This document shows positions 15,435 to 33,960 of a DNA stretch of 64,000 nt, piece after piece. Source of the stretch: Eledone cirrhosa (taxonomy: Eukaryota); contig OZ024760.1 of assembly GCA_964016885.1 (NCBI GenBank), forward strand, positions 25,544,001 through 25,608,000, in the 5' to 3' direction. The translations under genes and the position numbers were made by a program. The notes under the pieces were generated by a model. That model was not told where the DNA came from, did no database searches, and saw only the letters and a program-made list of their open reading frames with translations. The stretch's first letter is position 1; every line of letters starts with the position of its first letter.

Positions 15435-18070
15435 CACGCACACGCACACGGGTGGACGCACACACATGGACGCACACACACGGACGCACACACACACGGA
15501 CGCACACACACACACGGACGCACACACACACATGGACGCGCGCGCACACACGGACGCGCCCACACACACGGACGTGCACACACACACGGACGCGCACACA
15601 CACACACACGGACGCACACACACACACACGGACGCACACACACACGGACGCACACACGCACGCACGCACGCACACACAAATGTGTGTGTGTGTGCGTGTG
15701 TATGTATATCTATCGATACCTATCTCCTCATATTTTCTCTTTTATTCCCTTGCTCCCTCTCTCCTCTCTGTCCCACCCTCTATCTCTCTCCCTCCACCCA
15801 CCCTCTCTCTCTTACCCTTCTACTCTCTCACCCCCCTCTCACCCTCACCCTCTCTCTCACCCCCTCTCTCACCCTCACCCCCTCTCTCTCACCCTCCCAT
15901 CCTCTCTCTCTCTCTCACCCCCACCCTGTTATATGTTGACACCCACCCCGTGTTAGTGTCCCTCACTCCCACCCCAACACTTTATTCTTTGGACCTCAAA
16001 ACAGACATTCACTGACCCCCCCCCCACACTAACACCCCCTCCACCTACTTCAAACATTACCCCTCCCCCCATTGCAGCTACAGCGAAAAGAATGTCAACA
16101 TTGCAATCCCTTCTCTTCTCCTCTCCGGATAGGTGAACAAACCCCACCACACCGCCACCCGCAACACCGCCGCCTCCACCACTGCCATCATTAGCAACAA
16201 AACCGCCAGCCCCACCCCCATCAGCGGCAACCCCATCGCCTACACCGTTACCACCACTACCACCACTACCGCCACCACTACCGCCACTACTACAACCACT
16301 ACTACCACAACCAACACCACTACCACCAACACCACCACCACTATAAACACTACCACCTCCACCGTTACCACCACTACCACCACCGCCACCACTACCGCCA
16401 CCACTACAACCACTACCACCACAACCAACACCACTACCACCAACACCACCATTACAACCACTGCCACCACAACCAACACCACTACCACCAACACCAGCAC
16501 TACAACCACTACCACCAGCACTACAACCACTACCACCACCACCACTATAACCACTACCACCTCTACCGTTACCACCACTACCACCCCCGCCACCACTACC
16601 GCCACCACTACAACCACTACCACCACAACCAACACCACCAACACTGCAACCACTGCCACCACAACCAACACCACTACCACCAACACCAGCACTACAACTA
16701 CAACCACTACCACCACCACTATAACCACAACCACTACCACCTCCACCGTTACTACCACCACCACCGCCACCACCACTACCAGCCTCATCGTTGACATCAC
16801 CACTGCCACCACTACAACCAACACCGCCACCACTACCAGCATTACACATTCACCACCACTACCACCACTACAACCAACACCGCCACCACCAGCAGCAGCA
16901 TTACACATTCACCACCACTACCACCACTACAACCAACACCGCCACCACCACCAGCATTACACATTCACAACCACTACCACCACTACAACCAACACCGCCA
17001 CCACCAGCACATTCATCGCCCTCACCGTCACCACCGCCATTACATCTTCATCACCGTATACGTCACCCCACCACCACCACCACCACCACCACCACCACCA
17101 CCATACCATCATTGACATATTATACAGACCTCTCATATATCTATCGACTTACATTTTATCACCGCCGCCACCACCGCCTCTCCCCTTTCTCTCCTCCTCT
17201 CCTACCTTCGCCTCCTACCTTCGCCCCTACCTTCACCCCCTACCTTCACTCCCCACCTTCTTACCATGTCCCCCGCCCCTCTCTGTCAAAGCCCCCCACC
17301 CCCACCCCTAAAACCTCATTCATTGATTTATTTGAAAAACTTCTCATATATCTTCTTAACCACCACTACTACCTCTACCACCACCACCATTAATACCATC
17401 ACAAACACCACTACTACCACTGATACCACAACTACTATCACTACTACTACCACCAAAGCTACCTCTATCACCACCATTAATACCATCGATACCACTAATA
17501 CCACTACCATCACAAACATTACCACCATCACTACCACCATCACTACCACTACTACCACCATCACTACCACCATCAATACCACTACTACCACCATCACTAA
17601 CACCATCACTACCACTACTACCACCACTACTACCACCATCACTACCAGTACTACCACCATCAATACCACTACTACCACCATCAATACCACTACTACCACC
17701 ATCACTACCACTACTACCACCATCACTACCAGTACTACCACCATCACTACCACTACTACCACCATCACTACCAGTACTACCACCATCACTACCACTACTA
17801 CCACCATCACTACCAGTACTACCACCATCACTACCACTACTACCACCATCACTACCACCATCACTACCACCACTACTACCACCATCACCAACATCACCAC
17901 CTTTACCACCACCATCACCACCACCATCACCACCACCATCACCATCACTACCACACACACCCCTCCCACCACCACAATTACAACCACCATTACCCCACCA
18001 CAACCCTCACCCCACCATCACCCTACAACCCCTCCCATTAACCACCAGCACCACCACCACCCCACTAACC
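15435..18070. repeat. (ca)n-ggacg minisatellite, CT-rich tract and ACC/ACT trinucleotide-type repeats
   Basis: Direct reading. Confidence 0.85.
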
Positions 18071-18360
18071 ACTTCTTCAATCCCATATATTGAAGCTGAA
18101 CTCCTTAATGTGTAACTCCTTAAAGTGGGACTAAATCAAGCATAAAACCTCACAAGAATCCAAATAGCTGAATTAACAGGTCCCTAATTAACATACCTCT
18201 AATTAACAGACCCTCTAAATAATATTTACTAATTTGACACAAGGCCAGCATTTAAATCAGTGCATTACTGGTACTTTATTTTATCGATGGGATTTGGATT
18301 TAGGCACAAGGTCAACCATTTGGAGGGAGAGGAAAGTCAATTAAATCGAACCCCAGTTCA

Positions 18361-19678
18361 TTACTGGTACTTCATTTTATCGCCCCTGTAAGGATGAAGG
18401 GCAAAGTTAACCCGTAAGAATGAAAAGCGAAGTTGACTTCAACAGGATTTGAACATGACTGCATGGGTGAGACGTGTTGTCACATGCTGCCTGTAAATTC
18501 TGTTCTAGCTGGCGTTTTATGGCTGGATGCCCTTATTCCAACGCAAAGTGCTGTAAAGCTATATGCTGTAAAGCATATTTTCTAGTGCTCCTTTCACAAT
18601 ATTCTGTTGGAACATGCATATGCAACCTACATGGGTCCTATCTTTGACAGGTAAATACCAGTAATATTACTAGTGTATTACTGGTACTTTATTTTATCGC
18701 CCCTGTAAGGATGAAGGGCAAAGTTAACCCGTAAGAATGAAAAGCGAAGTTGACTTCAACAGGATTTGAACATGACTGCATGGGTGAGACGGGTTGTCAC
18801 ATGCTGCCTGTAAATTCTGTTCTAGCTGGCGTTTTATGGCTGGATGCCCTTATTCCAACGCAAAGTGCTGTAAAGCTATATGCTGTAAAGCATATTTTCT
18901 AGTGCTCCTTTCACAATATTCTGTTGGAACATGCATATGCAACCTACATGGGTCCTATCTTTGACAGGTAAATACCAGTAATATTACTAGTGTATTACTG
19001 GTACTTTATTTTATCGCCCCTGTAAGGATGAAGGGCAAAGTTAACCCGTAAGAATGAAAAGCGAAGTTGACTTCAACAGGATTTGAACATGACTGCATGG
19101 GTGAGACGGGTTGTCACATGCTGCCTGTAAATTCTGTTCTAGCTGGCGTTTTATGGCTGGATGCCCTTATTCCAACGCAAAGTGCTGTAAAGCTATATGC
19201 TGTAAAGCATATTTTCTAGTGCTCCTTTCACAATATTCTGTTGGAACATGCATATGCAACCTACATGGGTCCTATCTTTGACAGGTAAATACCAGTAATA
19301 TTACTAGTGTATTACTGGTACTTTATTTTATCGCCCCTGTAAGGATGAAGGGCAAAGTTAACCCGTAAGAATGAAAAGCGAAGTTGACTTCAACAGGATT
19401 TGAACATGACTGCATGGGTGAGACGGGTTGTCACATGCTGCCTGTAAATTCTGTTCTAGCTGGCGTTTTATGGCTGGATGCCCTTATTCCAACGCAAAGT
19501 GCTGTAAAGCTATATGCTGTAAAGCATATTTTCTAGTGCTCCTTTCACAATATTCTGTTGGAACATGCATATGCAACCTACATGGGTCCTATCTTTGACA
19601 GGTAAATACCAGTAATATTACTAGTGTATTACTGGTACTTTATTTTATCGACCCCGTAAGGATGAAAGGCAAAGTTAA
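18361..19678. repeat. 317-bp tandem repeat, 4 near-identical copies plus a partial, containing SINE fragments
   Basis: ttactggtactt starts at 18361, 18678, 18995, 19312 and 19629 (spacing 317). Confidence 0.95.
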
Positions 19679-19804
19679 ACCCGGTTGGCGTGATGAAGTA
19701 GGTCCTTACAACTCGAGGGGCTCACTTCTGTGGGTGACCAACTCCGCCCCGATCGTACCAGTAATTTTCAGGTGCAAACATGTCACATTATTTCAGTCCC
19801 ACTC

Positions 19805-19991
19805 GTAGATTGGCAGTATCGGTAGAGGGTCGGACGCCATGCTTTGACGCATAAAGTTACGGCCCTTGCTATTCTGAGTTCAAATCCCGCTGAGGTTAAC
19901 TTTGCCTTTCATCCTTATGGGGTCGATAAAATAAAGTACCAGTAATACACTGGGTAATTGCTGGCCTTGTGCCAAAAGTAGAAACAATTAT
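19805..19991 (+). mobile_element. tRNA-type SINE family 1
   Basis: 18-bp TSD attatttcagtcccactc at 19787-19804 and 19987-20004. Confidence 0.9.
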
Positions 19992-20144
19992 TTCAGTCCC
20001 ACTCCCCTTCAGAATTTCTGATAGATAGATATATTGATAGAAAATGGTGTCTGATTTAGACACAAGGCTAATAATTTTGATTGAGAGGAAAGTTGATTAA
20101 ATACTGATTTACCTCATTGGACCCCGTACGGATGAAAGCCAACT

Positions 20145-20184
<40 letters not shown>

Positions 20185-20373
20185 CATGTGTATATGCATG
20201 TATATAATATATATATGTGTGTGTGTGTGCATGTATATTATATATAATAATATTTATAGTTATATATACACTATATACAACTATAAACAGGAAAGGTCAG
20301 TAATTTATTACTACCTTATTACCAGTAAGAACAAATAGCTCAATGTAAATACATGAGATGTTTTACAGAGCCG

Positions 20374-20432
<59 letters not shown>

Positions 20433-20438
20433 TAATGT

Positions 20439-20655
20439 TAAGATCAAAAGATGGTTAAAAGAGTTCCATGTATTTTATTATGCGCATTTCAAAAACAAAT
20501 ATCATCATGCGATGACATTTGCGTTTTCGTCAGATAAAATAGGGAGACATGATATGAAGGTTAAAAAACACTTGTGAATAGTGCAGTTTTAAATCAATAT
20601 TTTGAAATGCGTATAATAAAATACATGGAACTCTTTTAACCATCTTTTGATCTTA
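20439..20655. mobile_element. Fold-back hammerhead element with 56-bp inverted arms
   Basis: Arms 20439-20494 and 20600-20655 are near-perfect reverse complements; adjacent to (TA)n. Confidence 0.7.
20471..20541 (-). ncRNA. Type I hammerhead ribozyme, intact core
   Basis: Reverse complement: tattttat-CTGACGA-aaacgcaaatgtcatc gcat gatgatatttgttttt-GAAA-tgcgca-TA-ataaaata. Perfect 8-bp stem I, 16-bp stem II (1 mismatch, 2 G-U), palindromic stem III ATGCGCAT, AUA cleavage triplet. Confidence 0.82.
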
Positions 20656-20759
20656 TATATTATTTATACTCCAGTCCTACAAACTGTAGAGTGCTACTTA
20701 TCCGATATCTGCATTGCTTTATTGTACTACAATAAAACTGACCTCCTACATATATATAT

Positions 20760-20813
<54 letters not shown>

Positions 20814-20814
20814 A

Positions 20815-21140
20815 AACGAAAAATCAGTGATGTATCTGAACTCAATTTATTGTGTGTTACAATTGTTTCGCCGGCGGAGAGCTCGAGACACGATCATTGT
20901 GTGGATCTGTCTGATTCTGGATCCGCAGGTTCGACGGACACGTCTAATGATTTCGGAGCAAATTCTGTCACTGGGGTGTTAGCGCCAAAAACATCCTCTT
21001 CGCGCGTCCTGTTATTGGCTGCTGTTTTTCTACGTCATCGTAATTCGGACCAACAGGTATCATTCGACTGACCATCATCAGCTGTCCCGTTTCTGCCACA
21101 CTTTGATGAATTACTGCTGGGTTTGGTAGTTCACACGTCC
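20815..21140. mobile_element. Dispersed repeat related to 58700-59292
   Basis: ttacaattgtttcgccggcggagagctcgagacacgatc resembles ttacaatcgtttttctgttgaccagctcgaagaacgatc. The minus strand carries GAAACAATTGTA, a hammerhead 3' half. Confidence 0.5.
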
Positions 21141-21634
21141 ACGCGCGCACTCACACACACACATGCACACACACAATCACATAGATAACAACATCCATAT
21201 ATATATATATAGGAACGAGTAGGACCCCGACGGCTGAGCTCAAGCCGTTTCGACGGCTAATTCTGGTCCATATATAAAGGATAACAAAATATCGTGATAG
21301 GTAATCCAATTAAAGGTCGTGAATACTTCTTATTATGGACAGTTTTAGCGTACGGTGTTGCTTTACTCAACAAGAGGTTTACGTAGATGACAAGTTTATG
21401 ATTTCACTATTTAAGTTTATCTTGGAGTAATACATTGAAAAAGTGGAGAATAACAGTTTCTGAAGATCTAATAGAGTTAACATCGTATTTAATGACTGCA
21501 AGTAAATCTCGTTTTTTGTACTATTGACCATGTTATTCTCCACTTTTTCAATTATATATATATATACATACACACACACAGACAGACCCGTCCTTTGGTC
21601 CTTTTCCTGTTAACTTCCCTCCTCACTCCCTCCC

Positions 21635-21690
21635 GGAGTTCCTCCTTACTTTCCTGATGAACGACTTATGTCCGAAACTTCGTAACTTCA
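21635..21690 (+). ncRNA. Degenerate hammerhead motif
   Basis: CTGATGA(21654-21660)-acgacttatgtcc-GAAAC-ttc-GTA; stem I is not well paired. Confidence 0.4.
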
Positions 21691-21847
21691 CCCACTCTCA
21701 CTAAGCGTCAAGCTAATAACATTATGTACTATTGACTCCTGCGTTTGTTTGTCCTTTTGAAATATATATGTGGGTGTGTGTTGTATGAAATATGCAGCTT
21801 AACACACTTCTCAAACTCATCACAAATTTAACAATAGAACACACACA

Positions 21848-21926
<79 letters not shown>

Positions 21927-22724
21927 ACTCTTCGATTACGTCCCAATTATTTAAACGAAATACTTAACCTTTCACCTTAGCCGTCACAATAGGAAAGTAG
22001 GTAAGATCGAAGTCATGAATCGGCTCAGTCGATCAGGTAGCAACATGGAACAACAATAACCACCACAGTAACCACAACCACAACAACAACAACAATAACT
22101 ACCACAATAACAACAATAACCATAACCACAACAATAACCATAACCACAACAATAACCACCACAACAATAACCACCACAATAACAATAACCACCACAATAA
22201 CAATAACCACCACAACAATAACCACCACAACAACAACCACCACAACCACAATAACCACCACAACAACAATAACAACAACAATAACCACCATAACAATAAC
22301 AATAACCACAATAACTACCACAACAACAATAACTACCACAACAACAATAACCACCACAACAACAATAACTACCACAACAACAATAACTACCACAACAATA
22401 ACAACAATAACCAACCACAACAACAATAACCAACAACAATAACCAACAACAACAATAACCACCACAACAACAAGGACAATAAAGATGATAATGAAGTAGA
22501 TACTCTGCAATGATGAGTTCAAAGAAAACGGTTACTCTTGAAGGCAAAAGGTGTTTGGCGAATAAATTTAGTTCCATTAGATTTGTGTTTGGAGTAGGTA
22601 TTGGCTCTCTTTGATATGGCGTTAATGCCACCTGGTGGGGGAGGGGGTGATGTAGGTGGTGATATTTCTATATATTACCGAATATTTTGTGACCGGTTTC
22701 GATTGGTTGTATCGAACTTAAAGT

Positions 22725-23155
22725 TGAACCCAGATGATCTTGGGATTGGATTTGAACCCTGGTGATCTGGGGAGTAGATTTGAATCCTGGTGATCTGGGG
22801 AGTTGATTTGAATCCTGGTGATCTGGGGAGTTGATTTGATCCCAGATTATCTTGAGATTAGAGTTGAACCCAGATGATCTTGTGATTAGATTTGAACCCT
22901 GGTGATCTGGGGAGTAGGTTGGAACCCAGTTGTTCTGGAGATTAAATTTAAACCCATATGATCTTGGGAGTAGGTTTGAGCCCTGGTGATCTGGGGAGCA
23001 GGTTTGAGACCTGGTGATCTCGGGAGTAGATTTGAACCCTGGAGATCTGGGGAGTAGGTTGGAATCCAGTTGTTCTGGGGATTAAATTTAAACCCAGATG
23101 ATCTTTTGAGTAGGTTCGAACCCTGGTGATCTGAGGAGTTGATTTAAACCCTGGA
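22725..23155. repeat. Degenerate ~30-bp tandem repeat (tttgaaccctggtgatctggggagtag)
   Basis: About 14 diverged units. Confidence 0.85.
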
Positions 23156-23689
23156 CGTATGGAATGGGATAAATAACGCAATGCTTTCTATTAGATGTCT
23201 TAATCATTGGGTCTGTTGAATGCCTTATTTAGACATAAATATCTGTTTACGTGCTTGTATTTCTGTGTGTGTCTGTATATATATATATTTATGTGTGTGC
23301 GTCTAAATGTGTTTGTGTGTGTGTATATATGTTTATGGGTGTGTGTGTGTATATATGTTTATGGGTGTGTATGTATACATGTTTATGGGTGTGTATGTAT
23401 ACTTGTGTGGAGGTGTTTGTGTCTGTAAACAAGTGTAAGGATATGTGTGTATGGTGTATATATATACTTGTGTGTGTATATATACATATGTGTATGGTTT
23501 ATATATAATTTTGTGTGCGTATATACTTGTTTGCATATATACATCTACCTATGGTGTATATATACTTGTCTGTGTGTATGAATACATGTGTGTATTGTGT
23601 ATATATGCTTGTGTGTCTATATATATGTGTATGATGTATATATACTTGTGTGTATATTTATATACATGTGTATGGTGTATATATATATA

Positions 23690-25240
23690 TATGTTTATTT
23701 ATATATGTTTATTTATATATGTTTATATATATATATATGTTTATATATATATGTTTATATATATATGTTTATATATATATATATATGTTTATATATATAT
23801 ATGTTTATATATATATATATGTTTATACATATATATATATGTTTATATATATGTTTATATATGTATATGTTTATATATATATATGTTTATATATATGTTT
23901 ATATATATATATGTTTATATATATGTTTATATATATATATGTTTATATATATGTTTATATATATATGTTTATATATGTTTATATATATATGTTTATATAT
24001 ATATATGTTTATATATATATATGTTTATATATATATATATATATGTTTATATATATATGTTTATATATGTATATATGTTTATATATATATGTTTATATAT
24101 ATATATATGTTTATATATATATATATATGTTTATATATATATGTTTATATATATATATATGTTTATATATATATATGTTTATATATATATATGTTTATAT
24201 ATATATATGTTTATATATATATATGTTTATATATATATATGTTTATATATATATATATGTTTATATATATATATATGTTTATATATATATATGTTTATAT
24301 ATATATATGTTTATATATATATATATGTTTATATATATATATGTTTATATATATATATGTTTATATATATATATGTTTATATGTTTATATATGTTTATAT
24401 ATATATATGTTTATATGTTTATATATGTTTATATATATATATATGTTTATATTTATATATGTTTATATATATATATATATGTTTATATATATATATGTTT
24501 ATATATATATATGTTTATATATATATATGTTTATATATATATATGTTTATATATATATATGTTTATATATATATATGTTTATATATATATATGTTTATAT
24601 ATATATATATGTTTATATATATATATATGTTTATATATATATATGTTTATATATATATATATATGTTTATATATATATATATATGTTTATATATATATAT
24701 ATATATATATATGTTTATATATATATATGTTTATATATATATATATGTTTATATATATATATATGTTTATATATATATATATGTTTATATATATATATAT
24801 GTTTATATGTTTATATATATATATGTTTATATATATATATGTTTATATATATATGTTTATATATATGTTTATATATATATGTTTATATATATATATATAT
24901 GTTTATATATATATATATGTTTATATATATATATATGTTTATATATATATATATGTTTATATATATATATATGTGTTTATATATATATATGTGTTTATAT
25001 ATATATATGTTTATATATATATTTATGTTTATATATATATATATGTTTATATATATATATATATGTTTATATATATATATATATGTTTATATATATATAT
25101 GTTTATATATATATATGTTTATATATATATATATGTTTATATATATATATGTTTATATATATATATATGTTTATATATATATATATATGTTTATATATAT
25201 ATATATGTATATTTATATATATTTATATATATATATATAT

Positions 25241-25293
<53 letters not shown>

Positions 25294-25474
25294 TATATAT
25301 ATATATATATATATATATATGTTTATATATATATATAGATATATATATATATATATATGTTTATATATATATATAGATATATATATATATATATATGTTT
25401 ATATATATATATATATATATATATAAATATATGTTTATATATATATATATATATGTTTATATATATATATATAT

Positions 25475-25541
<67 letters not shown>

Positions 25542-25592
25542 TATATATATATATATATATGTTTATATATATATATATGTTTATATATATAT
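23690..25592. repeat. Compound microsatellite (TA)n-GTT
   Basis: Direct reading. Confidence 0.97.
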
Positions 25593-25594
25593 AG

Positions 25595-25765
25595 GAACTT
25601 TCGTCAAATCGGACCGAGGGAACAATGTTTCCGTTGGTCTTTCCAATTGCTAATACTATCTATCGGTCGCAACTCCAGGTAGAAGGAGCAACGTGAAATA
25701 AAGTGTCTTGCTCAAGGACATAACGCATCGCCTGGTCCAGAAATCAAACTCAGCCACAAGCCTTC
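25595..25765 (-). mobile_element. SINE family 2 (CORE-like domain)
   Basis: Reverse complement of 55720-55875; contains gtccttgagcaagacactt, similar to the CORE-SINE motif. Confidence 0.75.
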
Positions 25766-25993
25766 ACTTTGTATATATATAAATATATATATATGTTTGT
25801 ATATATATATATGATTATATATATATGTTTGTATATATATATATATATATATATATATGTTTGTATATATATATATATATATGTTTGTATATATATATAT
25901 GTTTGTATATATATATATATATATGTTTGTATATAAATATATATATGTTTGTATATATATATATATGTTTGTATATATATATATATATATGTT

Positions 25994-26042
<49 letters not shown>

Positions 26043-27113
26043 TATATATATGTTTGTAATAATAATAAAATTGAAGACTAAAATCCAAAGAGGGCTCGAT
26101 AAGGAAAATATATATCAAATATATAAGAACCGTAGAGCAAATATTTATTAAAATAACAGATTAAAGTTTAAGCTAAGAATCGCTGCTTTCACCCTTAACG
26201 GGATCTTCTGAAACTAACAAAGTCAATCTGTAAACGCAGAACTGGATATTTCAAAAAACGTTGCAACCGGAGGAAGACAGGAAGACGATACTTTGGTTCG
26301 TGGTAACGTTCGCTGGCAAAGAACCGGAAAAAACGAATAATACGTCATTAATAGGAGCGGTGAAAAACAATTACGCGCAAAGCCAAAGCCACGTTTATGG
26401 TATAAAAGTGGTCGTAAACTAATGTTCTCTTATGTGGTGCATAGAGACGTTCTCTGGCAATGAACGAAAAAACGAAGATAATAAGTCATATGTGGAGAGT
26501 GGAGAAGAATAGCACGCAAAGACAAAACCACGTAAATGGTATAGCAGGAATCGTAGACTAAAATTCTAACTAGGAGACCAAATGAATCTCCGCTACAGAG
26601 TTAAGAACAATGTAAATAAATACAATACAGAAGTAATAGAAACAAATAAATACATACACGCAAACAGATACGTTCATACACAAGCATACGCAAAACCTTA
26701 CCATGGGTATACAAAACCACGCACATATAAATATGTGTGTGTGTATGCTTGTGTACAAATAAATAAATAATTATATAAACGTATATAAGTAAATAAATAC
26801 GTATATAACAAGCGCACACATACCTACATATAAATACACGAATGTTCGGAGACGTAAGTCAACTAAAACAAGAAGTACACATATACACGCACCCACCATA
26901 CGTATGAATCTGCTCATTCACGCGGACGCAAAACTCCCGTGTACACATAGCCAAACCCTAAATACCAGAACATGTAAAAATTATACGCTATAACAGTCAA
27001 ATATACGTAGGAGAAGGTATACATACCTTCACAAAACATACGGGTAATATGTTTGTATATATATGTTTGTATATGTTTGTATATATATATACATGTGTTT
27101 GTATATATATGTT

Positions 27114-27151
<38 letters not shown>

Positions 27152-27313
27152 TGTATATATATATATATATATATATATGTGTTTGTATATATATATATAT
27201 ATATATGTATGTTTGTATATATATGTTTGTATATATGTTTGTATATAAATAAAATAAAATAACAGGAGGCTGTACTGTGTAAATCCTTGAAAGGTTTAGT
27301 ATACTATGATCAT

Positions 27314-27363
27314 TTCAATGACCGGGTTCCGTTTGAATCCGGTGATATCATCAGGTATTGGAA
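27314..27363 (-). ncRNA. Degenerate hammerhead motif
   Basis: Reverse complement: ttccaatac-CTGATGA-tatcaccggattcaaac-GGAA-cccg-GTC-attgaa; GAAA is mutated to GGAA. Confidence 0.45.
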
Positions 27364-27409
27364 TATAACAAAGGAATATGTAAAAAAACATGTGTGCGAA
27401 AAATCAGAG

Positions 27410-30390
<2,981 letters not shown>

Positions 30391-31425
30391 TTGTCTACTG
30401 ATTCCTGTATCCCTAGAGATAACTGTTTCTACTTTAGGCACAAGGCCAGCAATTACCCAGTGCATTACTGGTACTTTATTTTATCGACCCCGTAAGGATG
30501 AAAGGCAAAGTCAACCTCGGCGGGATTTGAACTCAGATCGTAAAGGGACGTAACTATGCTGGAAAGCATGGTGTCCGACTCTCTACCGATACTGCCAATC
30601 CACCGCCCTTGTGTATCCCTAGAGATAACGTCAGAGAATGACAGCTTCCTACTCCTAGTCAGGCTGGAGTCAGGGTACCAGCGCAAGAGAGCGGATATGA
30701 TTTCATTGGTGGCACAGTGACAGTGGCCACCAAATTGAGCTCTCCAGGATTTTAGAAGGGCAGAGGCTCGAGGGAGTTCGCCATTGATTTTAGACAAGGT
30801 GGGATGTCCTTTCCAGGATAGGTTTTGCACTCTCATTAAGAGGCGGGTATATGTGCCATCCAATCTCCTCTCAAGTTGTGATGTTAGTGTCCAAGTTTCG
30901 GATCCATAAAGTAATATGGGCTTAATGGTTGCTTGGAATATTTCCAGTTTTAGCTTGTTGGTAAGCTGAGATGTCTATATGGCGTGCATGTCATTGCACG
31001 CTGACCATGCCATACCCTTCCTAGTTAGAAAATCTTTTTAGGAGGAGGAGATATATGAGCCAAGATACTTGTAATCTTCCACCTGCTTAAGGGTGGTACC
31101 ATTAAGGGTTCTGATAGGGTAGTTTGGGCTGTTTGCGCATCTGTTCACACACTCAGTCTTGGATTCGTTGAGGTACAGTCCAACACAGTTGGACGCTTGC
31201 TCTAATGACTTCAAAGGACTCGCAGCATTTTCCAGTGACCGACTGATCAATGCGGTGTCGTCAGCAAAGTCGGTGTCGGTCAAGTATTTTGCTGGGTAGC
31301 ATAAGCTTCTCCTAGGCTGTAGTTGGTATCCCCTATCCTGAATCCTATCCACAGACATGCGCAAAACATAATCCACAACAATGATAAATAGATACGGAGC
31401 AAGGGTATCGCCCTGTAAGATTCCA
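30391..31425 (-). pseudogene. Decayed RTE-type non-LTR retrotransposon reverse-transcriptase fragment
   Basis: [37 protein letters not shown] and RLDGTYTRLL motifs; in-frame stops; interrupted by a SINE. Confidence 0.88.
30420..30610 (-). mobile_element. tRNA-type SINE family 1 inserted into an RTE-like fragment
   Basis: 18-bp TSD tgtatccctagagataac at 30406-30423 and 30612-30629. Confidence 0.9.
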
Positions 31426-31443
31426 TATATATATATATGTTTG

Positions 31444-31483
<40 letters not shown>

Positions 31484-31741
31484 TGTATATATATATACAA
31501 ATATATATGTATATGTTTATATATATATATGTTTGTATATATATATATTTATATATATATATATATATGTGTTTGTATACATATATGTGTGTTTGTATAT
31601 ATATATGTGTTTGTATATATATATATATATATATATGTTTGTATATATATATATATGTGTGTTTGTATATATATATGCGTTTGTATATATATATATATAT
31701 ATATATGTTTGTATATATATATATATACATATATATATGTT

Positions 31742-31775
<34 letters not shown>

Positions 31776-33128
31776 TGTATAGGTTTATGTTTGTATAGGT
31801 TTATGTTTGTATAGGTTTATATATATATAAGTTTATATATATATAAGTTTATATATATATAAGTTTATATATATATATAAGTTTATATATAAGTTTATAT
31901 ATAAGTTTATATATATGTTTATATATATGTTTATATACATATATGTTTATATACATATATGTTTATATATACATATATGCTTATATATACATATATGTTT
32001 ATATATATATATATCTGTTTATATATATATATGTTTATATATATATATGTTTATATATATATGTTTATATATATATATCTGTTTATATATATATGTTTAT
32101 ATATATATGTTTATATTATATATGTTTAGATATATGTTTATATAGATATATATGTTTATATATATATATATATGTTTATATATGTATATATATATATATA
32201 TGTTTATATATATATATGTTTATATATATATATATATATATATGTTTATATATATATATGTTTATATATATATGTTTATATATATATATATATATGTTTA
32301 TATATATATGTTTATATATATATGTTTATATATATATGTTTATATATTTATATGTTTATATATTTATATGTTTATATATATATATGTTTATATATATATA
32401 TATGTTTGTATATATATATAATATATATTTGTATAAGTTTATATATATATAAGTTTATATATATATAAGTTTATATATATATAAGTTTATATATATATAA
32501 GTTTATATATATATAAGTTTATATATATATAAGTTTATATATATATATATAAGTTTATATATATATATATAAGTTTATATATATATAATATAAGTTTATA
32601 TATATATATATAAGTTTATATATATATATATGTTTATATATATATATATATAAGTTTATATATATATGTTTATATATATATGTTTATATATATATATATA
32701 AGTTTATATATATATATGTTTATATATATATGTTTATATATATATATATAAGTTTATATATATATATGTTTATATATATATATGTTTATATATATATATA
32801 TATATAAGTTTATATATATATATGTTTATATATATATATATATATATAAGTTTATATATATATGTTTATATATATATATATATATAAGTTTATATATATA
32901 TGTTTATATATATATGTTTATATATATTGTTTATATATATATATGTTTATATATATATATATGTTATATATATATATATATGTTTATATATTTATATATG
33001 TTTATATATATGTTTATATATATATATATGTTTATATATATTATATATGTTTATATGTTTATATATTTATATATGTTTATTCATATATGTTTATTTATAT
33101 ATGTTTATATAATATGTTTATATATATA
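31426..33128. repeat. Compound (TA)n microsatellite (GTTTG/AAGTT/GTT variants)
   Basis: Direct reading. Confidence 0.95.

Positions 33129-33960
<832 letters not shown>

Noticed and set aside
21984-22631. Cys/Gly/Tyr-rich 215-aa ORF (keratin-associated-like)
   Set aside because: Derived from an ACA/ATA/ACC trinucleotide tract open in several frames.
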